This document shows positions 1 through 9,800 of a stretch of DNA of 64,000 nucleotides, piece after piece. The notes beneath the pieces were generated by a model, which searched no databases, was not told where the DNA came from, and saw only the letters and a program-made list of their open reading frames with translations. This stretch comes from an uncultured bacterium. GTDB lineage: Bacteria; Krumholzibacteriota; Krumholzibacteriia; Krumholzibacteriales; Krumholzibacteriaceae. The stretch spans positions 160,001 through 224,000 of the forward strand of contig CAWBAN010000005.1 of NCBI GenBank assembly GCA_963786935.1, written 5' to 3'. Both the position numbers and the translations under genes were made by a program. Positions within the stretch are counted from its first letter, which is position 1. The number at the start of each line of letters is the position of its first letter.

Positions 1-114
1 GCCTTTTCTCTGGTATTTATAGTCAGGCTGGCGCTAAAAGGTCGGCCATTTTTTGCGTTGCGAACGCGCCGTGCGGGGCCGCGTGGCCCGGCACTTGCAG
101 CTATAGCCCTCGGC

Positions 115-191
115 GGGGTCGTAGTTCAGTTGGTTAGAACGCCTGCCTGTCACGCAGGAGGTCGCGAGTTCGAGTCTCGTCGGCCCCGCCA
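115..191 (+). tRNA. tRNA-Asp(GTC)
   Basis: Acceptor stem GGGGTCG/CGGCCCC, D-arm TAGTTCAGTTGGTTAGAAC, anticodon arm CCTGC-CTGTCAC-GCAGG, T-loop GTTCGAGTC, discriminator G and encoded CCA. Confidence 0.98.
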
Positions 192-194
192 TTT
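179..194 (+). repeat. 16-bp direct repeat, copy 1 (tRNA 3' end, attL-like)
   Basis: GTCGGCCCCGCCATTT, identical to 2856-2871. Confidence 0.85.
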
Positions 195-286
195 TACTCT
201 TCCCCGATAATAGCAAATGGGAGACGCCTGCGTTGCTGCGTGCCGTCATCCCATGCCGGTGGGAACCCAATGGGCCGATTCAACCA

Positions 287-315
287 TTGAGGCGCGACGA
301 TTCCTATGGTAAAAT
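287..315 (+). promoter_or_regulatory. sigma70-like promoter of the islet gene
   Basis: TTGAGG-17 nt-TAAAAT with an extended -10 TG. Confidence 0.5.
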
Positions 316-407
316 GGAAAGACTGGGCTGAAGAGCATATTTCCAGCCCGGACTAAGTGAATCCGTTTTCAATTCATGACATGGCACTTCAGCTGGGAGG
401 AGCACCC

Positions 408-2843
408 ATGAATTCCCGCGGAGCTGTCTGGGTAGCGGCAGTCTTTTGTCTGATCCCAATTCAACTCTTCGCCTTCGTCCCGCTTTTCAACGCTCGAATG
501 GATTTTCCAACGGGGTATGGTCCCTCTCCTGCGTGCGCAGCCGATCTGGACGGAGACGGAGACATTGATCTGGCAGTGGGAAATGCGTCTTCCTCCAGCG
601 TCTCGATCCTGATTAACGATGGGAATGGGAGCTTCGCGGCTCCCGTCGATTACGATGCGATTTCCCCCACATTCGTTTGCGCAGCCGATCTGGACGGAGA
701 CGGGGATGTCGATCTGGCAGTGACGGCCGGGCTTGCCGGCATTGTGATCCTGAGGAACAATGGCGATGGGACCTTTGCGGCCGCCGTGAACTATGGCACG
801 GGAGGCACCCCCTATTCTGTCTGCGCGGCCGACATGGACGGAGATGGGGATGTCGATCTGGCGGTGCCGGTCCAGATTGCCAGCATCTCGATCCTGAAGA
901 ACAATGGGGATGGTACCTTTGCGGCTGCCGTGAGTTATGGCGTGGGGAGAGGTCCCCGGTCTGTTTGCGCGGCCGACCTCGACGGAGACGGGGATATCGA
1001 TCTGGCCTCGTCGGCTTCTGAAATCGGCTCTGTCTCGATCCTGAAGAACAACGGAAATGGTGCCTTTGCGGCTGCCGTGAACTATGGCGCGGGGGCCAGT
1101 CCCTGGTCTCTTTGCGCGGCTGACCTGGATGGGGACGGGGACAAAGATCTGGCAGTGGCGAACGAGGGCTCCACCAACGTTTCGATCCTCAAGAACAACG
1201 GAAATGGTACCTTTGCTGCCGCCGCGAACTATAACGCGGGAAGCTCCCCCTACTCCGTCTGCGCGGCTGATCTGGATGGAGACGGTGACAGCGATCTTGG
1301 AGTGGCGAATAATAGTTCCAATACAGTCTCGATTCTGAAGAATAATGGGAATGGGACCTTTATGGCCGCCGTAAATTACTACGTGGGGGCCGAACCCTGG
1401 TCTGTTTGCGCGGCTGATCTGGATGGAGACGGGGATGGAGATCTGGCAGTGGCGAGTTTTAGCTCCAATGCCGTCTCGATCCTGAAGAACAATGGGGATG
1501 GGAGCTTTGCAGTTGCCCCTAATTATGGAGTGGGAAGTAGTCCTTGGTCTGTTTGCGCGGCTGACTTGGACGGAGACTGGGACAGCGATTTGGCAGTGGT
1601 GAACGCCGGCTCCAATAATGTCTCGATCCTGAAGAACAACGGGGATGGGAGCTTTGTGGCTGCCGGGAATTATGGCGTGGGGAGCAGTCCCCGGTCTGCT
1701 TGCGCGGCCGACTTGGACGGAGACGACGACATCGATCTGGCGGTGACGAATTACGGTTCGGACAGCGTCTCGATCCTCAAAAACAATGGGAATGGCACCT
1801 TCGCGGCTGCCGAGAATTATGGCGTGGGGGATAGCCCCTGGTCTATTTGCGCGGCTGATGTGGACGGAGACGGGGACGTCGATCTGGCGGTGACGAATAT
1901 CAATTCCAATACTGTCTCGATCCTGTTTAACAATGGGGATGGGAGCTTCGCGGCTGCCGGGGAGTATGGTTCGGGGGATTATCCCCGGTCTGTTTGCGCG
2001 GCTGACCTGGATGGAGACGGGGATATCGATCTGGCAGTAACGAATGCCGGCTCCTATAGTATCTCAATCCTGAAGAACAAGGGCGATGGGACCTTTGCGG
2101 CTGGCGGGTATTATTTTGTGGGGGACTGGCCCCAGTCTGTTTGCGCGGCTGATCTGGATGGAGACGGGGACATCGATCTGGCGGTGGCGAACAACGGCTC
2201 CAATACTGTTTCTATCCTGAGCAACAATGGGAATGGAACTTTTGCGGCCGCCGAGAACTATGGCATGGGGAGCGGTCCCATCTCTGTGTGCGCGGCTGAC
2301 CTGGACGGAGATCTCGACAACGATTTGGCGGTGGCGAACTATGGCGCCAGTAACATCTCGATCCTGAGGAACAATCAGGATGCCACTTTTGCGGCTACCG
2401 AGAATTATGGCGTGGGGAATTGCCCCGCGTCCGTTTGCGCGGCTGACCTGGACGGAGATGGGGATATCGATCTGGCCGTCGCGAATGCCAATTCCAATAA
2501 TGTCTCCATTCTGATCAATGCATCGCCGGCGCCCACCAATGTCGATCCGATCGCAAGGATCCCGAAGAGCTCGATAGCGGCGGTATATCCGAATCCGTTC
2601 AATCCGTCCGTAACCATCGAGCTGCAGTGCTCCGGAACGAACAATCAGGCGGAGATCGGAATATTCGACGTTTCGGGCAAGAGGGTCAGGACATTATTCT
2701 CAGGTCGTTTGAACAGCGGCGCAAGCAAGATCGTTTGGAACGGCCGGTCGGATGCGGGGGCGCGAGTGGCGTCGGGGGTTTATTTCTGCAGGCTGCGGGC
2801 CGGGAGTGAGACCGATTTGAAAAAGATCATTTTGCTGAGATAG
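408..2843 (+). CDS. Secreted FG-GAP/VCBS repeat protein (14 repeats) with C-terminal FlgD-Ig/T9SS-type-A-like domain
   Basis: GGAGGAG RBS before ATG 408; signal peptide; 14 x CAAD(L/M/V)DGDxDxDL; C-terminal YPNPFNP...WNGR...SGVYF...KKIILLR. Confidence 0.92.
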   Translation: MNSRGAVWVAAVFCLIPIQLFAFVPLFNARMDFPTGYGPSPACAADLDGDGDIDLAVGNASSSSVSILINDGNGSFAAPVDYDAISPTFVCAADLDGDGDVDLAVTAGLAGIVILRNNGDGTFAAAVNYGTGGTPYSVCAADMDGDGDVDLAVPVQIASISILKNNGDGTFAAAVSYGVGRGPRSVCAADLDGDGDIDLASSASEIGSVSILKNNGNGAFAAAVNYGAGASPWSLCAADLDGDGDKDLAVANEGSTNVSILKNNGNGTFAAAANYNAGSSPYSVCAADLDGDGDSDLGVANNSSNTVSILKNNGNGTFMAAVNYYVGAEPWSVCAADLDGDGDGDLAVASFSSNAVSILKNNGDGSFAVAPNYGVGSSPWSVCAADLDGDWDSDLAVVNAGSNNVSILKNNGDGSFVAAGNYGVGSSPRSACAADLDGDDDIDLAVTNYGSDSVSILKNNGNGTFAAAENYGVGDSPWSICAADVDGDGDVDLAVTNINSNTVSILFNNGDGSFAAAGEYGSGDYPRSVCAADLDGDGDIDLAVTNAGSYSISILKNKGDGTFAAGGYYFVGDWPQSVCAADLDGDGDIDLAVANNGSNTVSILSNNGNGTFAAAENYGMGSGPISVCAADLDGDLDNDLAVANYGASNISILRNNQDATFAATENYGVGNCPASVCAADLDGDGDIDLAVANANSNNVSILINASPAPTNVDPIARIPKSSIAAVYPNPFNPSVTIELQCSGTNNQAEIGIFDVSGKRVRTLFSGRLNSGASKIVWNGRSDAGARVASGVYFCRLRAGSETDLKKIILLR

Positions 2844-2855
2844 TCCGGCCCACAA

Positions 2856-2871
2856 GTCGGCCCCGCCATTT
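2856..2871 (+). repeat. 16-bp direct repeat, copy 2 (attR-like)
   Basis: Identical to 179-194; begins 13 nt after the cargo stop codon. Confidence 0.85.
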
Positions 2872-2932
2872 CAATACTCCCCAATGATGATTGCATGAGG
2901 CTGGATAGCGCCACCGATCATTTCCTGCCCCA

Positions 2933-2961
2933 TTGAAAATCCCCCGCGTTTCTGATAGAAT
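2933..2961 (+). promoter_or_regulatory. sigma70-like promoter
   Basis: TTGAAA-17 nt-TAGAAT with an extended TG. Confidence 0.6.
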
Positions 2962-3004
2962 CAAGGCATTCCGCGGCACAAACCGGTTTGCAGGGAGGCA
3001 CTCC

Positions 3005-3619
3005 ATGAAGCGGTGCACGATTCTTTCAATCGGTATCCTCTGTATCGCGATAGCGGCGGTTCTCCTTAAAGCAAGCTCCGTGACCGCCGTTCTTCCGGAG
3101 GTCGGTTATATCGGCGTGTTCAAGGATGCGACTCACGACACCAATCCGGCTTCGGGGGGCGCCGGCTATAATGTATGCCCGGCCCAGTACGAACAGTTCC
3201 AGTGCTGGATCTGGTGCCTGCCGAGCTGGGAGGGTATGAGTGGGGCGGTGTTCGCCGTCAGCTTCCCGACGACGGTTGTGATTCTCAACACGGTCCAGAA
3301 TCCCGACATCAGGGCTTCTTTCGGAACGATTGTAGAGGGCATCGAGTTCGTCTTGAACCAGGACGTGTGCCAGATGGATTGGATGTGGACGCATCAAATC
3401 ACAATGCTGCGGCTGGGGCTCCCGACAGTTTCCGACAAGATCGAGATCGTTCCGCCTTCCAATCCGTACATGAGTTGGCTTGGGTTCTATATCTGCTACG
3501 CCGAGCCTTTTCCGGCCCCCATCGATGTTCTGACGCCTCTGTATATCTGCTGGTCGCCGGATCCGGGCCCTCTGGGCGTACAGGAAACGAATTGGGGAGC
3601 TATCAAGAGCTTGTTCTGA
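3005..3619 (+). CDS. Secreted Cys-containing hypothetical protein with C-terminal VQETNWGAIKSLF tail
   Basis: GGAGG RBS, signal peptide MKRCTILSIGILCIAIAAVLL, followed by a terminator. Confidence 0.85.
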   Translation: MKRCTILSIGILCIAIAAVLLKASSVTAVLPEVGYIGVFKDATHDTNPASGGAGYNVCPAQYEQFQCWIWCLPSWEGMSGAVFAVSFPTTVVILNTVQNPDIRASFGTIVEGIEFVLNQDVCQMDWMWTHQITMLRLGLPTVSDKIEIVPPSNPYMSWLGFYICYAEPFPAPIDVLTPLYICWSPDPGPLGVQETNWGAIKSLF

Positions 3620-3672
3620 GAAGCTATCCGCCCGCACGGCGAAACCGCGCATAGAGCGTTCCGTGCACAAAG

Positions 3673-3710
3673 AAAGGGCCCCGGAGCATGAAGCCCCGGG
3701 GCCCTTTTTC
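3673..3710. terminator. Intrinsic (probably bidirectional) terminator
   Basis: AAAGGGCCCCGG...CCGGGGCCCTTT stem with a T tract, between convergent genes. Confidence 0.85.
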
Positions 3711-3733
3711 ATTGCCGGTTTCCAATCCTGCGA

Positions 3734-4081
3734 TTAGAAGCGGTCCCGTCCGCCGCCGCCGCCACGACGACCGCCGCCGCCGTAACCGCCGCCGCCGCCG
3801 AATCCGCCGCCGCCGCCGCCGCGGGGCTTATCCTCGCGCGGCTGGGCCTCGCTGACCTTCAGCGCCCGGCCGTCGACTTCCTTGCCGTTGAGAGCCGCGA
3901 TGGCCTTATCGGCCTCTTCGTTGTTCTCCATCTCGACGAACCCGAAGCCCCTCGAGCGATCCGTGAACTTGTCCTTTATGACGCGGGCGGAGACCACGGC
4001 GCCGAAAGGCGTGAAAATCGAATTCAGCTGGTCGTCATTCGTATCGAACGACAGGTTGCCGACATAAATCTTCTTAGCCAT
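3734..4081 (-). CDS. RRM (RNP-1) RNA-binding protein with Gly-rich tail
   Basis: RNP2 IYVGNL, RNP1 RGFGFVEM, GGGR tail. Confidence 0.96.
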   Translation of the reverse strand: MAKKIYVGNLSFDTNDDQLNSIFTPFGAVVSARVIKDKFTDRSRGFGFVEMENNEEADKAIAALNGKEVDGRALKVSEAQPREDKPRGGGGGGFGGGGGYGGGGRRGGGGGRDRF

Positions 4082-4528
4082 AGTAACGAAATCCTTTCAC
4101 TAACAAATGAACGTTCTGACGATTAATCCTCGAACTCTATGCTTTCCCTGAACCGATAAGCTTCACCTCTCCTTCGAATTCATGTCCCCGATCGTTGAAA
4201 GGCTGCCCCGCTCCGGGGCCCGCCCACGCAATATGCTACAAGATTGATATCGATTCAGAATTGTCCCGGGATTGACGAGGGAGGCATGCACTGCATCGAT
4301 AGGGCTCTTGAGCCGAGCGATCTTGGGTTCTGAACTACTGACTGGCTCTGACCACTCCTTCGGAAAACGATACACTGACAAAGTATAATGCATGTTTCAT
4401 GCAAAAAGCGAGCGGATTTTTCGATTTTTTCGGGAATTATCGAAAGGGCCGATTCCCGGGGATGCGGAGGGAGCGGCCGCTTTTCGCGCCGCTCCCTCCC
4501 TGAGATTCGCCGATTTTCGGGATCTTCT

Positions 4529-4861
4529 CTAGAACCGGTCCCGACCGCCGCCGCCGCCCCTGCGGCCGCCGCCGCCGCCGCCGAATCCGCCGCCGCCGCC
4601 GCGGGGCTTATCCTCGCGCGGCTGCGCCTCGCTGACCTTGAGCGCCCGGCCGTCGATCGTCTTTCCGTTGAGCTCCGCGATCGCCTTATCGGCTTCCGCG
4701 TTGTTCTCCATCTCGACGAAACCGAAGCCGCGGGAACGCCCGGTGAGCCGGTCCATGATGACGTTGGCCGAGTTGATCTGACCGTAGGTCTGGAAAAGCT
4801 GATTGAGCTTATCGTCGGTGGTGTCGAAGGACAGATTGCCGACGTAGATTTTCTTTGCCAT
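4529..4861 (-). CDS. RRM RNA-binding protein, tandem paralog
   Basis: Same motifs; close paralog of 3734-4081. Confidence 0.96.
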   Translation of the reverse strand: MAKKIYVGNLSFDTTDDKLNQLFQTYGQINSANVIMDRLTGRSRGFGFVEMENNAEADKAIAELNGKTIDGRALKVSEAQPREDKPRGGGGGFGGGGGGRRGGGGGRDRF

Positions 4862-5190
4862 CGCGACAGAATCCTTTCACGAGCATTTTCAGAAGTTCGA
4901 AAATTGACTGCTGGCTCTACGCACGTTCCTGACCGATACGCCCACCTCTCTTTGTCTGCGAAACCCTGAACCTCGCGAGCCAGGAGCCGAGACGCCCCGG
5001 CCGCACCCGTCACGAAATCGACCTTGGAATCGATCGAGCCGGATTATACCACCGCCGCCGCCGCCGAAACCAGCGAATTTTTCATCAAGAATGTTGTAGG
5101 AAAAAGGGTGACTTGTTATCATGCCGCGTAATAAAACATCATACCGGTTCCCGTTTTCGAAACCTCTTTGCGAAAGAAAGAGAGTGAACC

Positions 5191-6588
5191 ATGACTGAAA
5201 AGGTCTATCAGCTTCTCAGCGAATCCAAGAAAGCGCGTTGGGCGGCCCTCTTGATCGTTGCTTTCACCATGTTCGCCGGATATTATCTGGCCGATCTCAT
5301 GGCGCCTCTCCAGAACATGCTCCAGGGACAGCTGGGTTGGAGCAGCACCGATTATGGCTGGTATACCGGGGCCTACGGCTGGTTCAACGTCTTCTTCTTC
5401 TTCCTGATCATCGGCGGGATCATCCTCGACAAGACGGGCATCCGCTTTTCCGGAATGACCTCTGCCATCGTCATGGTATGCGGCGCGGGGATGAAATACT
5501 GGGCGATCACGACCCACGTCCTCGACGGTCACTCCTGGCATATCCTTTTCTGGACCTTCCCGGCGCAGGTCTGGATGGCGGCCCTCGGATACGCCGTCTT
5601 CGGCGTCGGGCTCGAGGTCGCCGGCATCACCACTTCCAAGGTCATCGTCAAATGGTTCAAGGGGCACGAGCTGGCCCTCGGCATGGGGCTCCAGCTGGCT
5701 ATCGCCCGCATGGGCACGGCGCTGGCGCTCTCGACCTCCGTGCCCATCGCCAAGCATTTCGGCACGGTCAGCGCCCCCCTGCTCATCTGCCTCATCATGC
5801 TCTGCATCGGCGTGCTCGCCTTCTTCGTTTACACCTTGAGCGACAAGAAGCTCGACGCGTCGCTGGCCAAGATTCGGGGCACGGTCGAAAAACCGAGCGA
5901 GGAAGAGTTCCACCTGAAGGACATCCTGGTCATCATCACCAACCGAGCCTGGTGGTATCTGGCCATACTCTGCGCCCTCTTCTATTCGGGGGTGTTCCCC
6001 TTCCTGAAATACGCGACGAGTCTCATGATCAACAAGTTTCACGTCCCGGAAAACCTGGCGGGCCTCATCCCGTCGCTGCTCCCCTTCGGCACCATTCTGC
6101 TCACGCCCTTCTTCGGCAACCTCTTCGACCGAAAGGGCAAAGGGGCGACCATCATGATCGTCGGGGCGCTGTTGATCATTCTCGTGCACTTCCTCTTCTC
6201 GATTCCCTTGCTCAACCACTGGTTCATCGCCGTCCTGCTGATGATCGTCCTCGGGATCGCGTTCTCTCTCGTGCCCTCGGCGATGTGGCCTTCGGTGGCC
6301 AAGATCATTTCGGAGAAACAGCTCGGCACCGCGTATGCTCTGGTCTTCTGGATCCAGAACATGATCGCCCTGATGTTCGTCCCGGCGATGATCGGATGGG
6401 TGCTCGATAAGTACTGCGTCCTGTCGACCGCCGTCGTTGACGGCCAGACGACGACATCGTACAACTACACGATCCCGATGATCATCTTCACCGTCGTCGG
6501 CGTGCTGTCGCTCGTGTTCGCGTTCCTGCTGAAGCTCGAGGACAAGCGGAAGGGCTACGGGCTGGAGCTGCCGAACATCAAGAGCTAG
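5191..6588 (+). CDS. MFS transporter
   Basis: About 12 hydrophobic segments; motif-A-like GIILDKTG and GNLFDRKG. Confidence 0.93.
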   Translation: MTEKVYQLLSESKKARWAALLIVAFTMFAGYYLADLMAPLQNMLQGQLGWSSTDYGWYTGAYGWFNVFFFFLIIGGIILDKTGIRFSGMTSAIVMVCGAGMKYWAITTHVLDGHSWHILFWTFPAQVWMAALGYAVFGVGLEVAGITTSKVIVKWFKGHELALGMGLQLAIARMGTALALSTSVPIAKHFGTVSAPLLICLIMLCIGVLAFFVYTLSDKKLDASLAKIRGTVEKPSEEEFHLKDILVIITNRAWWYLAILCALFYSGVFPFLKYATSLMINKFHVPENLAGLIPSLLPFGTILLTPFFGNLFDRKGKGATIMIVGALLIILVHFLFSIPLLNHWFIAVLLMIVLGIAFSLVPSAMWPSVAKIISEKQLGTAYALVFWIQNMIALMFVPAMIGWVLDKYCVLSTAVVDGQTTTSYNYTIPMIIFTVVGVLSLVFAFLLKLEDKRKGYGLELPNIKS

Positions 6589-6650
6589 CGCGGGTCCTGT
6601 CGGCGATTGCACCCCGCCCGTGCTCGCTCGCAAGGCTCGCTGCGCAGCGT

Positions 6651-6807
6651 GCGGGGGCCCCATCGCCGCCACCCGCGCGTGCAGATAGTTGCGCGCGGGG
6701 CGGGGACCCCATCGACGTCACCCGCTGCCGGGGCGGGCGGTGGACATTCCCGCGAACGAGCCCATTGGAGCCCTGCGACTGGGCTCGGAGCGGGAGTGTC
6801 CACCGCC
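6651..6807. repeat. REP/BIME-like intergenic repeats and long hairpin
   Basis: 26-nt direct repeats at 6651-6676 and 6700-6725 (23/26 identical); 18-bp inverted repeat 6736-6753/6790-6807. Confidence 0.6.
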
Positions 6808-6821
6808 TTCTCGCCAGCCCG

Positions 6822-9800
6822 CTAACGTTTCAGGATTGCCAGCAGATCGGATTCGATCGACGTCGCCGGGGCTTCGACGATGCGCCCGAGCTCGACGCCG
6901 TTGCGAGAGACGATGATCGTCTCGACCCGCTCCGTGCCGTACCAGGCGCGCGCATTCCTCGACCAGTCGATGAGCTCCTGCGGGAGCGCCGCTTCCGGCA
7001 CCGGCTTCGCCCGCTCGACGGCGAATATCTTCATCGCGTCGTACGAGAATCCGATCGAATCGAGCACCTTCCAGAGGCGCGGCACCTCGCGGTGCGAATC
7101 GCTGCACCACGTGCCGAGGACGAGGACGATTTCGATTCCCGGGAGGCGGCCGGCGAGATCGCCGAGGATCGTCGCGTCGGGCTGATAGGTGAAATACTCG
7201 GCGTCCCATCCGGCGAGATTCGAAACGATGTCGTCGCGGGTGACGTCGCCGAGGACCAGCTTCGAGCCGTCCTGCTTCTCGATCACGCGGGGGCCGATCG
7301 ACGCGGGGAGGACGGGCGGCGGCGCGGCCTCCGGCGCTTCGGCGGCCGCGGCCGCTTCCGCCGCGGCGCCCTTCTCCGTCGCCTCGGCGCCTTCCGGCGG
7401 ATAGAGATCGCTCCACCACTCGGGCTCGTTCTTCAGGAATCGGTCGAACCACGCGATGATCGAGTTCGACCAGACCACCCGCTTCTTGTACTCGAGAATG
7501 AAGTGGTCCTGCCCGTCGAACTTGAGATACTCGACGGTCCTGCCGAGGAGCTTGAGCGCCGTGAAGAGCTGCTCGCTCTCGCCGGGCGGGACGTTCGTGT
7601 CGTCCCCGCCGTGGGTGAGGAGGAGCGGCGTCTTGATCTTGTCGGCGTTGAAGAGCGGGCTCTGATCGACGTAGATGTCGCGCCGGTTCCACGGGAAGCT
7701 GTTCGCGGCGGCGACGGCGTTGTAGCCGTATCCCCAGGTGCCCTCTCCCCAGTAGCTCGAGATCGAGCTGATCCCGGCGTGAGAGACGGCGGCGGCGAAC
7801 ATGTCGGTCTTGGTGACGAGGAGCTCGGTCATGAATCCGCCGAACGAGGCGCCGATGCATCCGAGCCGGGCGCCGTCGACGAAGGGGTGCGCCTCGACGA
7901 ACTTCTTCGTCCCCTCGATGATCTCGTCGGCGACGACCTTGCCCCAGTCGTTCACGTGCGCGGCGGAGAACTCCTGCCCGTACCCGGTCGCCCCGCTCGG
8001 CTGGAGGACGTAGACGACGTAGCCGTGCGCGGCCCAGAGGTTCTTCGGGTAGCGCCCGCCGTACGCGCGGTTCACCGGGGACGTGCCGCCGTAGTAATAG
8101 ACGATGCAGGGGTATTTCTTCTGCGGATCGAAGCCTCGCGGGAGGTAGTAGTAGCCGTCGATCGTTTTCCCGGCGGCGCTCGTGAAGCTCCAGTCCTCGA
8201 CCGCGCCGCTCGAAATGTCGGCGAAGGTCTCGGCGTTTGGATCGTATATCATTCTCGAGGCGCCCTTCTTGAGGTCGATCGCGTGGAGGCGCGGCGGGGT
8301 CGTGGCGCTCGAGCCGACGTCGGCGGCGACGAGCTTGCCCGTCGCGATATCGCCGTTCTCCGAGACGTCGAATCCCGTCTCGATGCGCGCGAAGGTCTTC
8401 TTCGCCGGATTGCAGCGGAAGAGTCCGGTCTTCGAGCCGACCTCGGCCGAGACGTAGATGTTTCCGTCTACCGCCGACCACACGGCGTCCTGGACCGCCG
8501 GATCGAAGTCGCGCGTGAGCGGCTCGACGGCCCTCGACGCGAGATCGAGCACGTAGAGCTGGCCGTCGTATTCGTTCGGGATCAAGCCCGCGCTCACCTT
8601 GAGCCCGATGGACCCGAAGGCCGACGGTCCCGACCGGATGAGGATCTTCTTCCCGTCGGGGGAGAAGGCGGCGTCGTCGAGCCAGCGTCCCTTCCAGAGC
8701 GAGTCGACGCTTTGATCCTCGAGATTCATGATGTAGAGATCGGCCGCGCCGTAGGGACGTTCCGAAAGATCCTCGTATCCTCTCGACAGGAGAATATGCT
8801 TTCCGTCCGGATGAACGTCGAAAATGCCCGTGCCGTGCTCGCCGGACGTCAGGCGGCGCGTCTCGCCGCCGGGGACCGTCGTGACGTAGAGATACGAGCG
8901 GTCGCCGCCGCCCCGCTGCCGGTCCTCGATTTTCGTGAGGTGCTTGAGGCCGCGCTTGTCCGGCTCGGCCTTTTCCGAGACCGTGTAAACGATGAAGGAG
9001 CCGTCGCGCGCCCAGAGGTAGTCGTCGAGGTTCTTCACGTTTTCGAGAATCGTGAGGCATTCGCCCGAGTCGAGATCGAGGAGGCGAAGCGTGCCGCTGT
9101 CCTTGTCCCCCGCGACCGTGTATGAGAGCCGTTTGCCGACGGGGGCCCACTGCACGTTCGACATCCGGTCGACGTCCCGGATCGTGCGCTCGAGGGAGCC
9201 GTCCTTCATTCGGCGGATCTCGAGCCAGCTCTGGCGCTTGTCGTCCACCCGGGAATATTTTCCGACGTTGAGCGCGACGAGGCTCCCGTCAGGGGAGAGC
9301 GCCAAGCGCGAAATCGCCTGGAGATAGAGAATCTCGTCGAGCGAGACGCTTCTGGCCGGAACAATGGAGCAAGCCGGATCGGCCCCGTTCCCGGCGGCGG
9401 AGAGGCTCACGTCGATGCGCCAGTCCGCGACGGAGGTGTCGGCCGCCGCGCGAACGCTCTTGACGATCAGGAGGTGCTTCCCCGGCTCGAGCTTCGCCTG
9501 TCCCGATTTCTTCTCGGCGAGGCCGGCCGCTTTGTCGCTCTTCGCGATCTCGGCGCCGTCGATCGTGACGGCGAACGCGTCGCTCGACCGCGCGCTCACG
9601 GAGAGCTTCGTCCAGCGCGGGACCTCGACGTAGGCGGCGAGATAGGCGATCGCGGGTGTTTCCCCGCCGACGGCTATCGACACGCCGTTCGTATCGGCCG
9701 CGGCGCTTCGCCAGAAGGCCTTCGAGCCGTAGAGAAGCGCCTGCGCCGCGCCCTCGACCGGCTTCATCGCCGCGAGCCGGATCTCCTCGTAGGAGAGAAG

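Larger units (their letters stand above)
179..2871. mobile_element. tRNA-Asp-anchored genomic islet with one cargo gene and no integrase
   Basis: Flanked by a duplicated tRNA 3' end; the cargo uses visibly more A/T-ending codons than the genes beyond 5 kb. Confidence 0.7.

Noticed and set aside
34..270. 78-aa minus-strand ORF
   Set aside because: Antisense shadow of tRNA-Asp.
530..2520. 150-bp periodic repeats as a CRISPR or DGR array
   Set aside because: They are in-frame coding FG-GAP repeats; no spacers, cas genes or reverse transcriptase in the window.
4889..5122. ORF with GFGGGGG as a third RRM remnant
   Set aside because: No RRM motifs; the GGC run abuts a TG-n-TATAAT element and is better read as promoter DNA.
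6651..6725. Repeat-spacer-repeat as a mini-CRISPR
   Set aside because: Only two imperfect copies, with no leader or cas genes.
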